Shown here: piece by piece, positions 20,496 to 28,851 of the stretch
Layout: every line of letters begins with the position of its first letter
Position numbering within the stretch: position 1 is the first letter of the stretch
Virus record (IMG/VR): IMGVR_UViG_3300030090_007211
Coordinates: 1 to 64,000 of that record
Direction: 5' to 3' (one strand)
Origin: a virus
Length of the DNA stretch: 64,000 bases
Made by a program: the position numbers and the translations under genes
The notes under the pieces: generated by a model
Seen by the model: the letters and a program-made list of their open reading frames with translations, nothing else
Told to the model about the DNA's origin: nothing
The model's database searches: none

Positions 20496-21977
20496 ATGGT
20501 AATTAGATCATACATAGACAAGAATAATACAATTATTTTAAATAGTCAGGCAAACACTGGGAATAACCCTATTGCAGAATTGTATTATGGTGGGTCAGAT
20601 ACACGAGAAGAATATACTAGACATTTATTATATTTTGATGTTACTGACTTACAAGAAAGATATGCGGCAGGTAAATTAGGAGATTTATCTAAAGTAACCC
20701 ATACATTAAAAATGTGTAATAGTTCTTATTTTGATCAGAATTTACAGGCACAAAAATTAATAGATGGAAAACAAAGAACTTCTTCCTTTGATTTAAATTT
20801 GTTTAGAATAAGACAAGAATGGGATGAAGGAACAGGATATGATTACCAAAGAGTACTTAGTGTAGAAAGTGATAATAATATAACATTTGTGGAAAGTGCT
20901 AGTAATTGGTTTTATGCTACTACCACTACTCCATGGTCAGGTACCACTTCATGTGTATATAATGGTTTAACTGGTAGTACTTGTGATGGGCAAACAGGAT
21001 ACACTCAACATATAGATGGAGGTATTTATTTAGGTTGTCCCACAGGAATTACTATTACTACTCAACATTTTGATAAAGGGAATGAAAATATAGAAATGGA
21101 TATGACCGCAGAAGTTAATAGTCTTATTACTGGCGGTACTATTAATTATGGTTATGGTATTTCTTTTGATTGTCAATTAGAAAATACTATTACAGCCCCT
21201 TCACAATACGTAGGGTTTTTTACTAGACATACCCAAACTTATTATGAACCGTTTGTAGAAACTATATATGACAATCCAATAAAAGATGATAGAAAAAATT
21301 TCTATAAAAATAAACTTAATAGACTTTACCTATATAGTAATGTAAATGGAGAGCCAAAAAATTTAGATAACTTACCTAGTGTTACTATATACGATGAAAC
21401 TGGAAATGTATTTTCAGCAATAACTACAGGGGATACTATCCAAGCTACTGAAGGTATATATTACGCAGAAGTATTTGTCCCACCTACCGCCAATGATGGT
21501 GTGTTATATTTTGATGTGTGGGGAGATATAAATGTTGATGGTATAAGTTTAAGTAATGTAGAATTAGATTTCGAAATAAAAGATGATACCCAATATTATC
21601 AAATAGGTAATAATGAATCTCTTCCGGTAGATTACGCTATGTCAATAAGTGGTGTTAAAAGAGATGAAAAAATAAAAAGAGGGGAAGTAAGAAAAATAAT
21701 GGTATCTGCTCGTATACCTTATACTATCAATGAAAGTAAGGTTATTGATAATTTACAATATCGTTTGTGGGTAAGAGAAGGTACGACACAAGTAAATGTA
21801 ATAGATTGGCAAGATGTTAATATGGCATACTTAAAAAATTATTTTCTATTAGACACCTCTTGGATGATACCAAATAGATATTATATCGATATTAAATTAA
21901 CATCTAATCAAGAAGTTAAAACTTACATCGATCAAATGCAATTCGAAATAGTCAATCAAGTTGACGAATTACACTGA
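20496..21977 (+). CDS. putative virion structural protein
   Basis: Beta-rich, R.LLYFD..L and WDEGTG motifs; late motif at 20478-20484. Confidence 0.6.
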   Translation: MVIRSYIDKNNTIILNSQANTGNNPIAELYYGGSDTREEYTRHLLYFDVTDLQERYAAGKLGDLSKVTHTLKMCNSSYFDQNLQAQKLIDGKQRTSSFDLNLFRIRQEWDEGTGYDYQRVLSVESDNNITFVESASNWFYATTTTPWSGTTSCVYNGLTGSTCDGQTGYTQHIDGGIYLGCPTGITITTQHFDKGNENIEMDMTAEVNSLITGGTINYGYGISFDCQLENTITAPSQYVGFFTRHTQTYYEPFVETIYDNPIKDDRKNFYKNKLNRLYLYSNVNGEPKNLDNLPSVTIYDETGNVFSAITTGDTIQATEGIYYAEVFVPPTANDGVLYFDVWGDINVDGISLSNVELDFEIKDDTQYYQIGNNESLPVDYAMSISGVKRDEKIKRGEVRKIMVSARIPYTINESKVIDNLQYRLWVREGTTQVNVIDWQDVNMAYLKNYFLLDTSWMIPNRYYIDIKLTSNQEVKTYIDQMQFEIVNQVDELH

Positions 21978-22007
21978 TTTTAGTGGGTTTAAGGGAGTTT
22001 TAAGGTA

Positions 22008-22032
22008 GTCTTATATATAATATATATAAGAC
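22008..22032. repeat. 12-bp perfect inverted repeat at the convergence of the two large transcription blocks
   Basis: GTCTTATATATA-A-TATATATAAGAC; partial extra copy GTCTTATAT at 22042-22050. Confidence 0.8.
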
Positions 22033-22096
22033 AAGGAAAGAGTCTTATATCGTCTAATTTGTAAAAATGTTGGTTTTTGGCTAAATAAAGGGGAAT

Positions 22097-22903
22097 TTAA
22101 TCTTCATCATAGATCATGTCAAATGACATATTCTCTATCTTACTTTTTACTTTTTCTATTACTCCCAACAATATATTTTCTATGGACTCAGGAGTTAGTG
22201 GTATAGGAATATTAATATCGAAATTATCCATAGGTAATTCTATTTTACCCCCACCATCACCAACTGTAGCACTCACATCTACATTAACATGTGTATTAGT
22301 TTTAGGGTGGGCAGTTTCCTTCTTATATGAACTTTCTTGAGGATATTCTTTAAATTTCACATGAACCATTATTGTTCCATTTCTTCTAACACCATAAGGT
22401 AAATCATATCTATCCCAATAATTATTATCAAGTGTTATATATAAATTAAAACCATTATAACCATCCCAAAAAACAACTGGAGAATTAGAAACAAAACTTT
22501 CTTTATTTGTGTCAAACAATCTTTTACTATCATTCCATGTAATATTAAAGTTACCTATAAAATCTTCTCCACGTTCTTCTTTAACGTGTGCAATAATTTT
22601 TTGTAATGCCCTCACAAAAAGATATCCCCTATTTTCCATTTTTCTTATAGGTTCGTATTCCTTAAAAAGTTTATCACCATGCCACCAATAAGTCAATGCC
22701 ATATCAAATGCTACATCATGTGACACACCAAAATGTTCAATTAACCAACCTGCAGCAATCCATCTATCAAAATTATGCATAGGGTCAGAGACACCAAATT
22801 TTTTATGTAATACCTGTAATAGTTTTTTTTCTTGAGGATTAAACTCTGAAGATGCATCTAATAAGGTTGCTTCTAATATGATATCTTTTTTCTTAATTCT
22901 CAT
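22097..22903 (-). CDS. hypothetical late protein with leader MRIKKKDIILE
   Basis: ORF; late motif at 22919-22925. Confidence 0.75.
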   Translation of the reverse strand: MRIKKKDIILEATLLDASSEFNPQEKKLLQVLHKKFGVSDPMHNFDRWIAAGWLIEHFGVSHDVAFDMALTYWWHGDKLFKEYEPIRKMENRGYLFVRALQKIIAHVKEERGEDFIGNFNITWNDSKRLFDTNKESFVSNSPVVFWDGYNGFNLYITLDNNYWDRYDLPYGVRRNGTIMVHVKFKEYPQESSYKKETAHPKTNTHVNVDVSATVGDGGGKIELPMDNFDINIPIPLTPESIENILLGVIEKVKSKIENMSFDMIYDED

Positions 22904-22940
22904 AGGGCTAATTTAATAATAAATATCTTATAAAACAAAA

Positions 22941-22970
22941 AAAAAGGGTAGAAATACATCTACCCTTTTT
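22941..22970 (-). terminator. intrinsic terminator after major capsid gene
   Basis: AAAAAGGGTAGA-N6-TCTACCCTTTTT hairpin with long U tract on the - strand. Confidence 0.9.
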
Positions 22971-22992
22971 AAAATATAATCAAAAATTAAGA

Positions 22993-24720
22993 TTATCTTA
23001 ATTGATTGATATCGAAAGTTACAACACCATCAACTGTTACTTTACCATAGAAACGGTTATTAACCATTTTCTTAGCGTAACGTGTCATGATACCTTTAGT
23101 AGGTGCAAAGTTGAATGGGTTTTGTAATGTAGGTGTCAATTGTAATGGTACGTAAGGTGCGTAAATGTACCCAGTATCCAACAATGATTTACCTTTATGT
23201 CCAACTATGATTGAGTTAGCTGGTGCATATGGATCACGATATACAGTATATCTTCCACCTAATGAACCAATTTTCTCAATACCCATGTTGTATTGATCTT
23301 GCTCAGGAGCTGCGTTAGATACGTGGAAGTATTCTAAGTCATCAAAAATAGCTGATACCTCAGAAGATACTATCACGAAGTTAGCACCACCTCTTAGAGT
23401 TGATTTATGGATTTGAGCAGATACTTGGTTGATTGTAGTAATCAATGTTTGATTCCACTCTTTTTGAGTGTAAGCATTGAAACCACCATCACCAGCAGTT
23501 CTTTTCCATCCATTATAATCCCATCTCATAGCCCAAGCTGCACCATTTCTCAAATCTCTCATGATTTCTCTGTCGATTTCAGCTGCTACTTGCTCAGAAA
23601 GTAAAGCTGTTAATTCAGCTTCAGCATCAATGTTATGGAATGCACTAACGTCTTGCGCTAGTTCAGGAGACCAAGTTGCTCTTAATTTTCTCTCTGTCAC
23701 TGCAACAACTACTTCGTCAAGTTCAAAAGAAACTTCACCCATTTCAGTCGCAAATTCTAGAGATGCATATGAACCCCAACTTACATTACCTATAACTTCT
23801 AACTCTACTGATTCAGAACCTTGGTATCCGTTAACGATATTAGCGTCACAATCAACACAAGCAGGACATCTAAGGTCTAGCTCAATTAATAGACAACCAT
23901 CAGGAGTACAAATATCACCATAGTTAACGATTCCTCTACCATATTGTTGTGCAACTACATTGTAAGGAATTGGTGTTCCAGCATCAATGTTACCACCTGC
24001 ACACTCAATAGGTTTATCAGCAGTTACTACTAATGAAGAAAGGAAAGTTTCAGTATCCATTTCATTTCCATCAGGACCAGTTAATCTACCTGCACCTGTA
24101 GTTGAGAAACCAGAAACACAAATTGTAGCACTTACACCACCATTTGCATCCATTTGTTCCGAAACAGTTTTAGCAGAAAGAGATCCATCAGGCATTACAA
24201 CTTGACCAGTAAATGATCCAGTAGTAATTGTTAATGTACCTTTAGACGCATCAAACATACCATTGTTGTAAAATACATCATAAAGTGATTTTTCCAAGAA
24301 TTCAGATGTTTGTGTTCCTGCACAAGCACTGAATACACATTCTTGACCTGGAAGTGCTGGCCCGTTAAGAGGAGCATGATTTCTTCCAGTTGTTTTAGGT
24401 ACAAAGTAAAATAATTTTCCGATTGGCATGTTCATCGCCTGTACCGATACGATATCGTTAGCCAATAATTTAGAGAATACCCTTCTTACGATAGGGAAAA
24501 CTACAGTTTCGAAAGAACCAGATGAACTAGCATCTGTAGCTTCGTTCAATAGAGCAGAAGCTTGGTTTTCATATAACTGAGCAATGTTCTCTTTTACGTG
24601 ACCTTTTAAACCTTCTAAGAATCCTAAAGAATCCCATTTTCCGATGGTTTTAGATCTGATTTGTTTCAAGTGTTCAAGTCCGATATTTCCAACTTCACCT
24701 GAATTTAATAAATGTCCCAT
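22993..24720 (-). CDS. major capsid protein (T4 gp23-like)
   Basis: RRVF..L.A.DI..VQ.M..P.G..F, RKLRA.W..ELAQD, EIDREI, G.IYAPYVPL, P..GIMTRY. Confidence 0.97.
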   Translation of the reverse strand: MGHLLNSGEVGNIGLEHLKQIRSKTIGKWDSLGFLEGLKGHVKENIAQLYENQASALLNEATDASSSGSFETVVFPIVRRVFSKLLANDIVSVQAMNMPIGKLFYFVPKTTGRNHAPLNGPALPGQECVFSACAGTQTSEFLEKSLYDVFYNNGMFDASKGTLTITTGSFTGQVVMPDGSLSAKTVSEQMDANGGVSATICVSGFSTTGAGRLTGPDGNEMDTETFLSSLVVTADKPIECAGGNIDAGTPIPYNVVAQQYGRGIVNYGDICTPDGCLLIELDLRCPACVDCDANIVNGYQGSESVELEVIGNVSWGSYASLEFATEMGEVSFELDEVVVAVTERKLRATWSPELAQDVSAFHNIDAEAELTALLSEQVAAEIDREIMRDLRNGAAWAMRWDYNGWKRTAGDGGFNAYTQKEWNQTLITTINQVSAQIHKSTLRGGANFVIVSSEVSAIFDDLEYFHVSNAAPEQDQYNMGIEKIGSLGGRYTVYRDPYAPANSIIVGHKGKSLLDTGYIYAPYVPLQLTPTLQNPFNFAPTKGIMTRYAKKMVNNRFYGKVTVDGVVTFDINQLR

Positions 24721-24759
24721 TTTTTAATGTTATTTATTTTTTTGTTATTATTGTTTTAA

Positions 24760-26385
24760 CTACGAAATTCTTTTCATTAAATCTTTTATCGCTGTAATTT
24801 GAGGATCTACATATGCTGTAGACTCATTCAAATCCGATTTAGAAGACTTAACAGTCTTATTGACTTTATTTTCAACAGATTCCGTAATAGGTGTTTTAGT
24901 ATCTAACTCACCTTTTACTGTTTTATAAATGTTTTTAGATTCCTTAATACTTTCTGCACCATCAAACTTTTTTAAGATTTCCATCTTTTCAGTTTTAGTT
25001 GTAGAATGTTCAGTAAACAATCTATTCACATATGCTAAATTTGTATTAAATAAAGCAACTTCGTTTAATTTGTTTTTGAAAACTTTAAGAGCTTCTTTAT
25101 ATTCTTCATTTTTCTTTTTCAGCTCTTTGTATTCTTTAACAATTTTAGAATCAGCAACTTTTCCTGCATTTTTAGGGGTTCTTCTTCTTTCTGAAAGTGG
25201 TTTACGAGCTTTACGGTTTTCATTAGCATATGCTGTACCAGCTTTCTGTCCACCATATCTTTGTCTACCGCCGCCATAAGCACCATCTTGTCTATTATTT
25301 TGAGTTTTATCTTCTTCAAGATAATCATCTGGATGTTCACCTTGATCACCATGTGATTCACCATCTTTACCATGATACCCTTTATCGGTACCTTTGTAAT
25401 GTGGATAATCACTTCTAGTTTTAGACTGATCACCTTTTCTAGCGCCGCCTTCATCTAAGTAATCATCAGGTTCTCCTTGATCACCATGTGATTCACCATC
25501 TTTACCGTGGTATCCTTTATCAGTACCTTTGTAATGAGCGTAATCACTTCTAGTTTTAGATTGGTCACCTTTTCTAGCACCACCTTCATCTAAGTAATCC
25601 TCTGGATGTTCACCTTGATCACCATGTGATTCACCATCTTTACCATGATAACCTTTGTCAGTACCTTTGTAATGAGCGTAATCTGTACGTGTTGCAGATT
25701 GATCACCTTTCATAGCACCATCGTGTTCATCTAACTCAATTTCATAAACAATTTCTTCAGATAAGTCATCACCACATCCTTCACCTTCACAAAGTTCATC
25801 ATCTTCATAAACTTCTTCAGATTCTTTAATGTAGTATTCAGCTCCTGTTTCATTGTCTGTTAAGTGAATTCCATCTTCATCTTTAATAACCTCAACTTCA
25901 TCTTCATCGCCCATTTTCTTAAATACGGCAATAACTTCTTCATCAGACGCACCAGTTAAATCAAGTTCTTCATCATCACCCAAATCTAAATCGATTGGTA
26001 ATTCTGCAACTTCAATTTCTTCTTCTGCATCTTCTAAATCATCTGCTAAAGCATCAAGATCAAGATCTAATTCCAATTCATCAGCTTCTGCATCTTCTGC
26101 ATCTTCTTCTGAATCTTCTCCAGCATCTATTAAAACTAATTCTTCAGACTCTTCGTCTTCTTCTTGTTCTTTTAATACTGGCACTTCCGTTTTCTCATCG
26201 GACCCTTCAACGATATCGTTCTTCGGTTCTTCGTCTTCCGCTTTTAAAGACGACTCTACGATACTTTCAATTTCTTGCTTCATATGAGTGGCAAGCATTT
26301 CTTTCGTATTGGCTTTTAAGGCATCCTCTAAAGACTTCGCTTCTAACAAAGCCTCTTCGATGATTGATTTTCTTTTTGTAGCCAT
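24760..26385 (-). CDS. prohead core scaffold protein (gp22-like)
   Basis: Between protease and MCP; very acidic; C-terminal coiled coil; many [ILV]xE sites; start revised to MATKRKS. Confidence 0.8.
   Translation of the reverse strand: MATKRKSIIEEALLEAKSLEDALKANTKEMLATHMKQEIESIVESSLKAEDEEPKNDIVEGSDEKTEVPVLKEQEEDEESEELVLIDAGEDSEEDAEDAEADELELDLDLDALADDLEDAEEEIEVAELPIDLDLGDDEELDLTGASDEEVIAVFKKMGDEDEVEVIKDEDGIHLTDNETGAEYYIKESEEVYEDDELCEGEGCGDDLSEEIVYEIELDEHDGAMKGDQSATRTDYAHYKGTDKGYHGKDGESHGDQGEHPEDYLDEGGARKGDQSKTRSDYAHYKGTDKGYHGKDGESHGDQGEPDDYLDEGGARKGDQSKTRSDYPHYKGTDKGYHGKDGESHGDQGEHPDDYLEEDKTQNNRQDGAYGGGRQRYGGQKAGTAYANENRKARKPLSERRRTPKNAGKVADSKIVKEYKELKKKNEEYKEALKVFKNKLNEVALFNTNLAYVNRLFTEHSTTKTEKMEILKKFDGAESIKESKNIYKTVKGELDTKTPITESVENKVNKTVKSSKSDLNESTAYVDPQITAIKDLMKRIS
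25312..25733 (-). repeat. three tandem in-frame repeats (~46-47 aa) in scaffold gene
   Basis: GGARKGDQSKTRSDYAHYKGTDKGYHGKDGESHGDQGEHPEDYLDE-like unit x3. Confidence 0.95.
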
Positions 26386-26495
26386 CGTAATTTTTAATTT
26401 TTTATCGATATTATTATAATAATTAATGCGCACCAACTGGCGCCATTTTTTTATAAATATATGAAAAATTGAAAAAGTGTGACTTTAGTATGAAA

Positions 26496-27188
26496 TTATT
26501 CTGACAAAAAGTCGTCTAAAGAATCAATTAAAAGATCTTTGTCCTTTTTTGTATCAGATTCGGACATTTGTTGCTCCCTAGTAGGTTCTTCATTATATAT
26601 CCAAGAACCCGGAGTTGAGGGTGATGTAACCACATCCCAACATATTAATTCGAAATCATCTTGTACGATATTTTTACCATTTTCTTTTTGTAAAGAACCA
26701 ACCCCTCTAGAAGAAACACCAATTTTTAATCCTTTACGTAAAAGATTTGCTACTTGGTCACCTTCACATGAAATAATACCTTGATTTACAAAACCTGGAG
26801 ACATAATAATTTCTAGTTTACCCATTAATACGTTTCCTTCCCACCATAATTCTACTACATTATGAGAGATACGGCTAATTGCTACTATAGAAGATTCAGG
26901 GTGATCTGCTTCTCCCATCGCTCTTTTATCTTTAATGAGTTTTAAATAATTTTCTGCTTCTTTACGAAGAATACTTTCAGGGTATATTCTACCATTACGA
27001 TTTTCTACTCCGTATTTTTGCATAACTGCATAAACAACTAAAGGTTCTTCTACAATAGATTCACCTCTAGTTAATTTATTTATTTCGTTTATGAAATGTT
27101 TATTATCTTTTGGGGATATATAACCGGCATCATATTCTATTAAGATACCTTTTTTATTTACTTCGTTTCCTTTTAATATGTCCATCAT
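26496..27188 (-). CDS. prohead maturation protease (T4 gp21-like)
   Basis: NRNGRIYP, GEADHP, SH, GVSSRGVGS, D.V..PS. Confidence 0.95.
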   Translation of the reverse strand: MMDILKGNEVNKKGILIEYDAGYISPKDNKHFINEINKLTRGESIVEEPLVVYAVMQKYGVENRNGRIYPESILRKEAENYLKLIKDKRAMGEADHPESSIVAISRISHNVVELWWEGNVLMGKLEIIMSPGFVNQGIISCEGDQVANLLRKGLKIGVSSRGVGSLQKENGKNIVQDDFELICWDVVTSPSTPGSWIYNEEPTREQQMSESDTKKDKDLLIDSLDDFLSE

Positions 27189-27232
27189 ATTGATATACTT
27201 TACATATAAATATATCTATACAATAAAAAACA

Positions 27233-27670
27233 TTAATTTTTAGTTTTATAAAAAGTAAAATGGGGTTGATCGTCTAAACAATCTTTTATAATATTTTGCA
27301 CTATATTTGTTGTGGATTCTACCATATGAGATTTATTAACTGGAATCATATTTTTTTGGTATAAAGTTATTTCACAACACATAAAACTTCTTTTCTTTGT
27401 TGTAATACCTGAAGATCTCATATCTAACTCCACAATATATTTATTATGGTGAAAATCTTTTATATCTATATTTTGGTTTATATTATTTTTAATACGTTTA
27501 CGTAATAGACTTATAACTTTATCGTAATTGATTTCTTCATCATCTTCATTTAATTCCCCCCAAGCAGATAAATTAATATATATACTTTTAGGGTTTTTAT
27601 TATCAACGGTACCAATCTTTATCTTGTAATTTGGGTTTATATCTAATTTTAATTCTTTTCCGCGTTTCAT
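27233..27670 (-). CDS. hypothetical protein
   Basis: 145 aa ORF with its own promoter-like upstream region. Confidence 0.75.
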   Translation of the reverse strand: MKRGKELKLDINPNYKIKIGTVDNKNPKSIYINLSAWGELNEDDEEINYDKVISLLRKRIKNNINQNIDIKDFHHNKYIVELDMRSSGITTKKRSFMCCEITLYQKNMIPVNKSHMVESTTNIVQNIIKDCLDDQPHFTFYKTKN

Positions 27671-27705
27671 TCATAATACTTTAATTTTTTTATTATTTGT
27701 ATGTG

Positions 27706-27737
27706 TAAAATATAATGAAAATAAATAAGTTTGTCAA
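27706..27737 (-). promoter_or_regulatory. host-type promoter TTGACA-N17-TATATT
   Basis: Read on the - strand upstream of 27670. Confidence 0.55.
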
Positions 27738-27745
27738 TTAGGCAT

Positions 27746-27770
27746 AAAAAAACCCTCCGAAGAGGGTTTT
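27746..27770 (-). terminator. intrinsic terminator with cUUCGg tetraloop
   Basis: AAAACCCTC-TTCG-GAGGGTTTTTTT on the - strand. Confidence 0.92.
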
Positions 27771-27790
27771 AAATATTTATGTTTATGTTA

Positions 27791-28015
27791 TTATTTTTTG
27801 TCAAGTAGTTTGACTAGGATTAGCACTGCTAATAACCCTACGAATCCAGAGTTTCCTAACGATTCGATAAGGGCAGTAACATTACCTACTACATCCATAC
27901 CAAATACTGCTCCTCCGAATAGTACTTGAACTAGGATACCGACAGTTAAGAACGTCATTAATAAGTCCGTAACTCCTGTGAAAAACCCTTTTACTGTTTC
28001 AAAAATCTTTTCCAT
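27791..28015 (-). CDS. small two-TM membrane protein
   Basis: Two hydrophobic segments, basic C-terminus. Confidence 0.75.
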   Translation of the reverse strand: MEKIFETVKGFFTGVTDLLMTFLTVGILVQVLFGGAVFGMDVVGNVTALIESLGNSGFVGLLAVLILVKLLDKK

Positions 28016-28034
28016 AATTTAGTTTTTATGTTTG

Positions 28035-28811
28035 TTATTCTTCAGCGGCCACTGATTTTTTAAGTTCATAGACTTTATCTATGTCCTTAACGTATTCATC
28101 TGGATTATAAGACATTCTTAATAATTTATCTTTTACCTTAAGAATTTTATCTTTAAGATCCAAATCAATATCTTCATTTAGTTTATTATCTATAGTATCT
28201 ATACATTCAGTTTTTAGTGTATTGTAAACTGTCTGTCTATCTTCTTCCGAACCATTTAAGACAGTTTTAAGTATACTTTTCTCTTCTTCTGTTATGTCAG
28301 CGTATTTTGTATTAAACCTACTAGTTGCCATTTGAGTTAACACGCTCGGTGGTAAACTAACCACATCTTTATCTTCTTTAACTATTTCTTCTCTCTCTAA
28401 CATTCTTTCTTTAATAACATTAATTGATTCTCTAATAGTATCTAAAGTAGATGGTGATTTTTTTGTATCCACCAATACATTAATGGTATCATATAATGTT
28501 GTATTTTCCGTAGAAATTTCTTTACCTTCTAATAAGGTATTAAGTTTTTTCATCCCTTTATCTAATTCTTTTTGATTAAGATTTTTTAAAAGATTAATAT
28601 TTTCTTTTATATAATCTTTAGCGTCTGCTGCATCATCAAAAGACTTAGTAGAAAGATTTTTATAAATTAAATATTGTTTTCTTAATTCCTCATTCTCTTT
28701 TAATGTTTTTAAATAAACATTAAATAACTTTTTACCTTCCTCATTCTTTTTAATAATAGACTCCGCTAAAATTGAATTGAAGGTATCCTTTATGTTACCA
28801 AAATTTTTCAT
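28035..28811 (-). CDS. hypothetical head-assembly (prohead core-like) protein
   Basis: Helical; between portal and protease like T4 gp67/68; late motif 28826-28832. Confidence 0.6.
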   Translation of the reverse strand: MKNFGNIKDTFNSILAESIIKKNEEGKKLFNVYLKTLKENEELRKQYLIYKNLSTKSFDDAADAKDYIKENINLLKNLNQKELDKGMKKLNTLLEGKEISTENTTLYDTINVLVDTKKSPSTLDTIRESINVIKERMLEREEIVKEDKDVVSLPPSVLTQMATSRFNTKYADITEEEKSILKTVLNGSEEDRQTVYNTLKTECIDTIDNKLNEDIDLDLKDKILKVKDKLLRMSYNPDEYVKDIDKVYELKKSVAAEE

Positions 28812-28851
28812 TCTTTTTTTTATTTATAAATATTATACTTTTAATAAAAAG

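Noticed and set aside
25312-25733. Direct repeats as a possible CRISPR array
   Set aside because: Units are about 140 nt, in frame in a coding gene, with synonymous variation and no unique spacers.
23407-26363. Antisense and alternate-frame ORFs within the capsid and scaffold genes, and similar ones elsewhere (e.g. 14404-14829, 39850-40359)
   Set aside because: Fully overlap well-supported genes and have composition typical of shadow ORFs.
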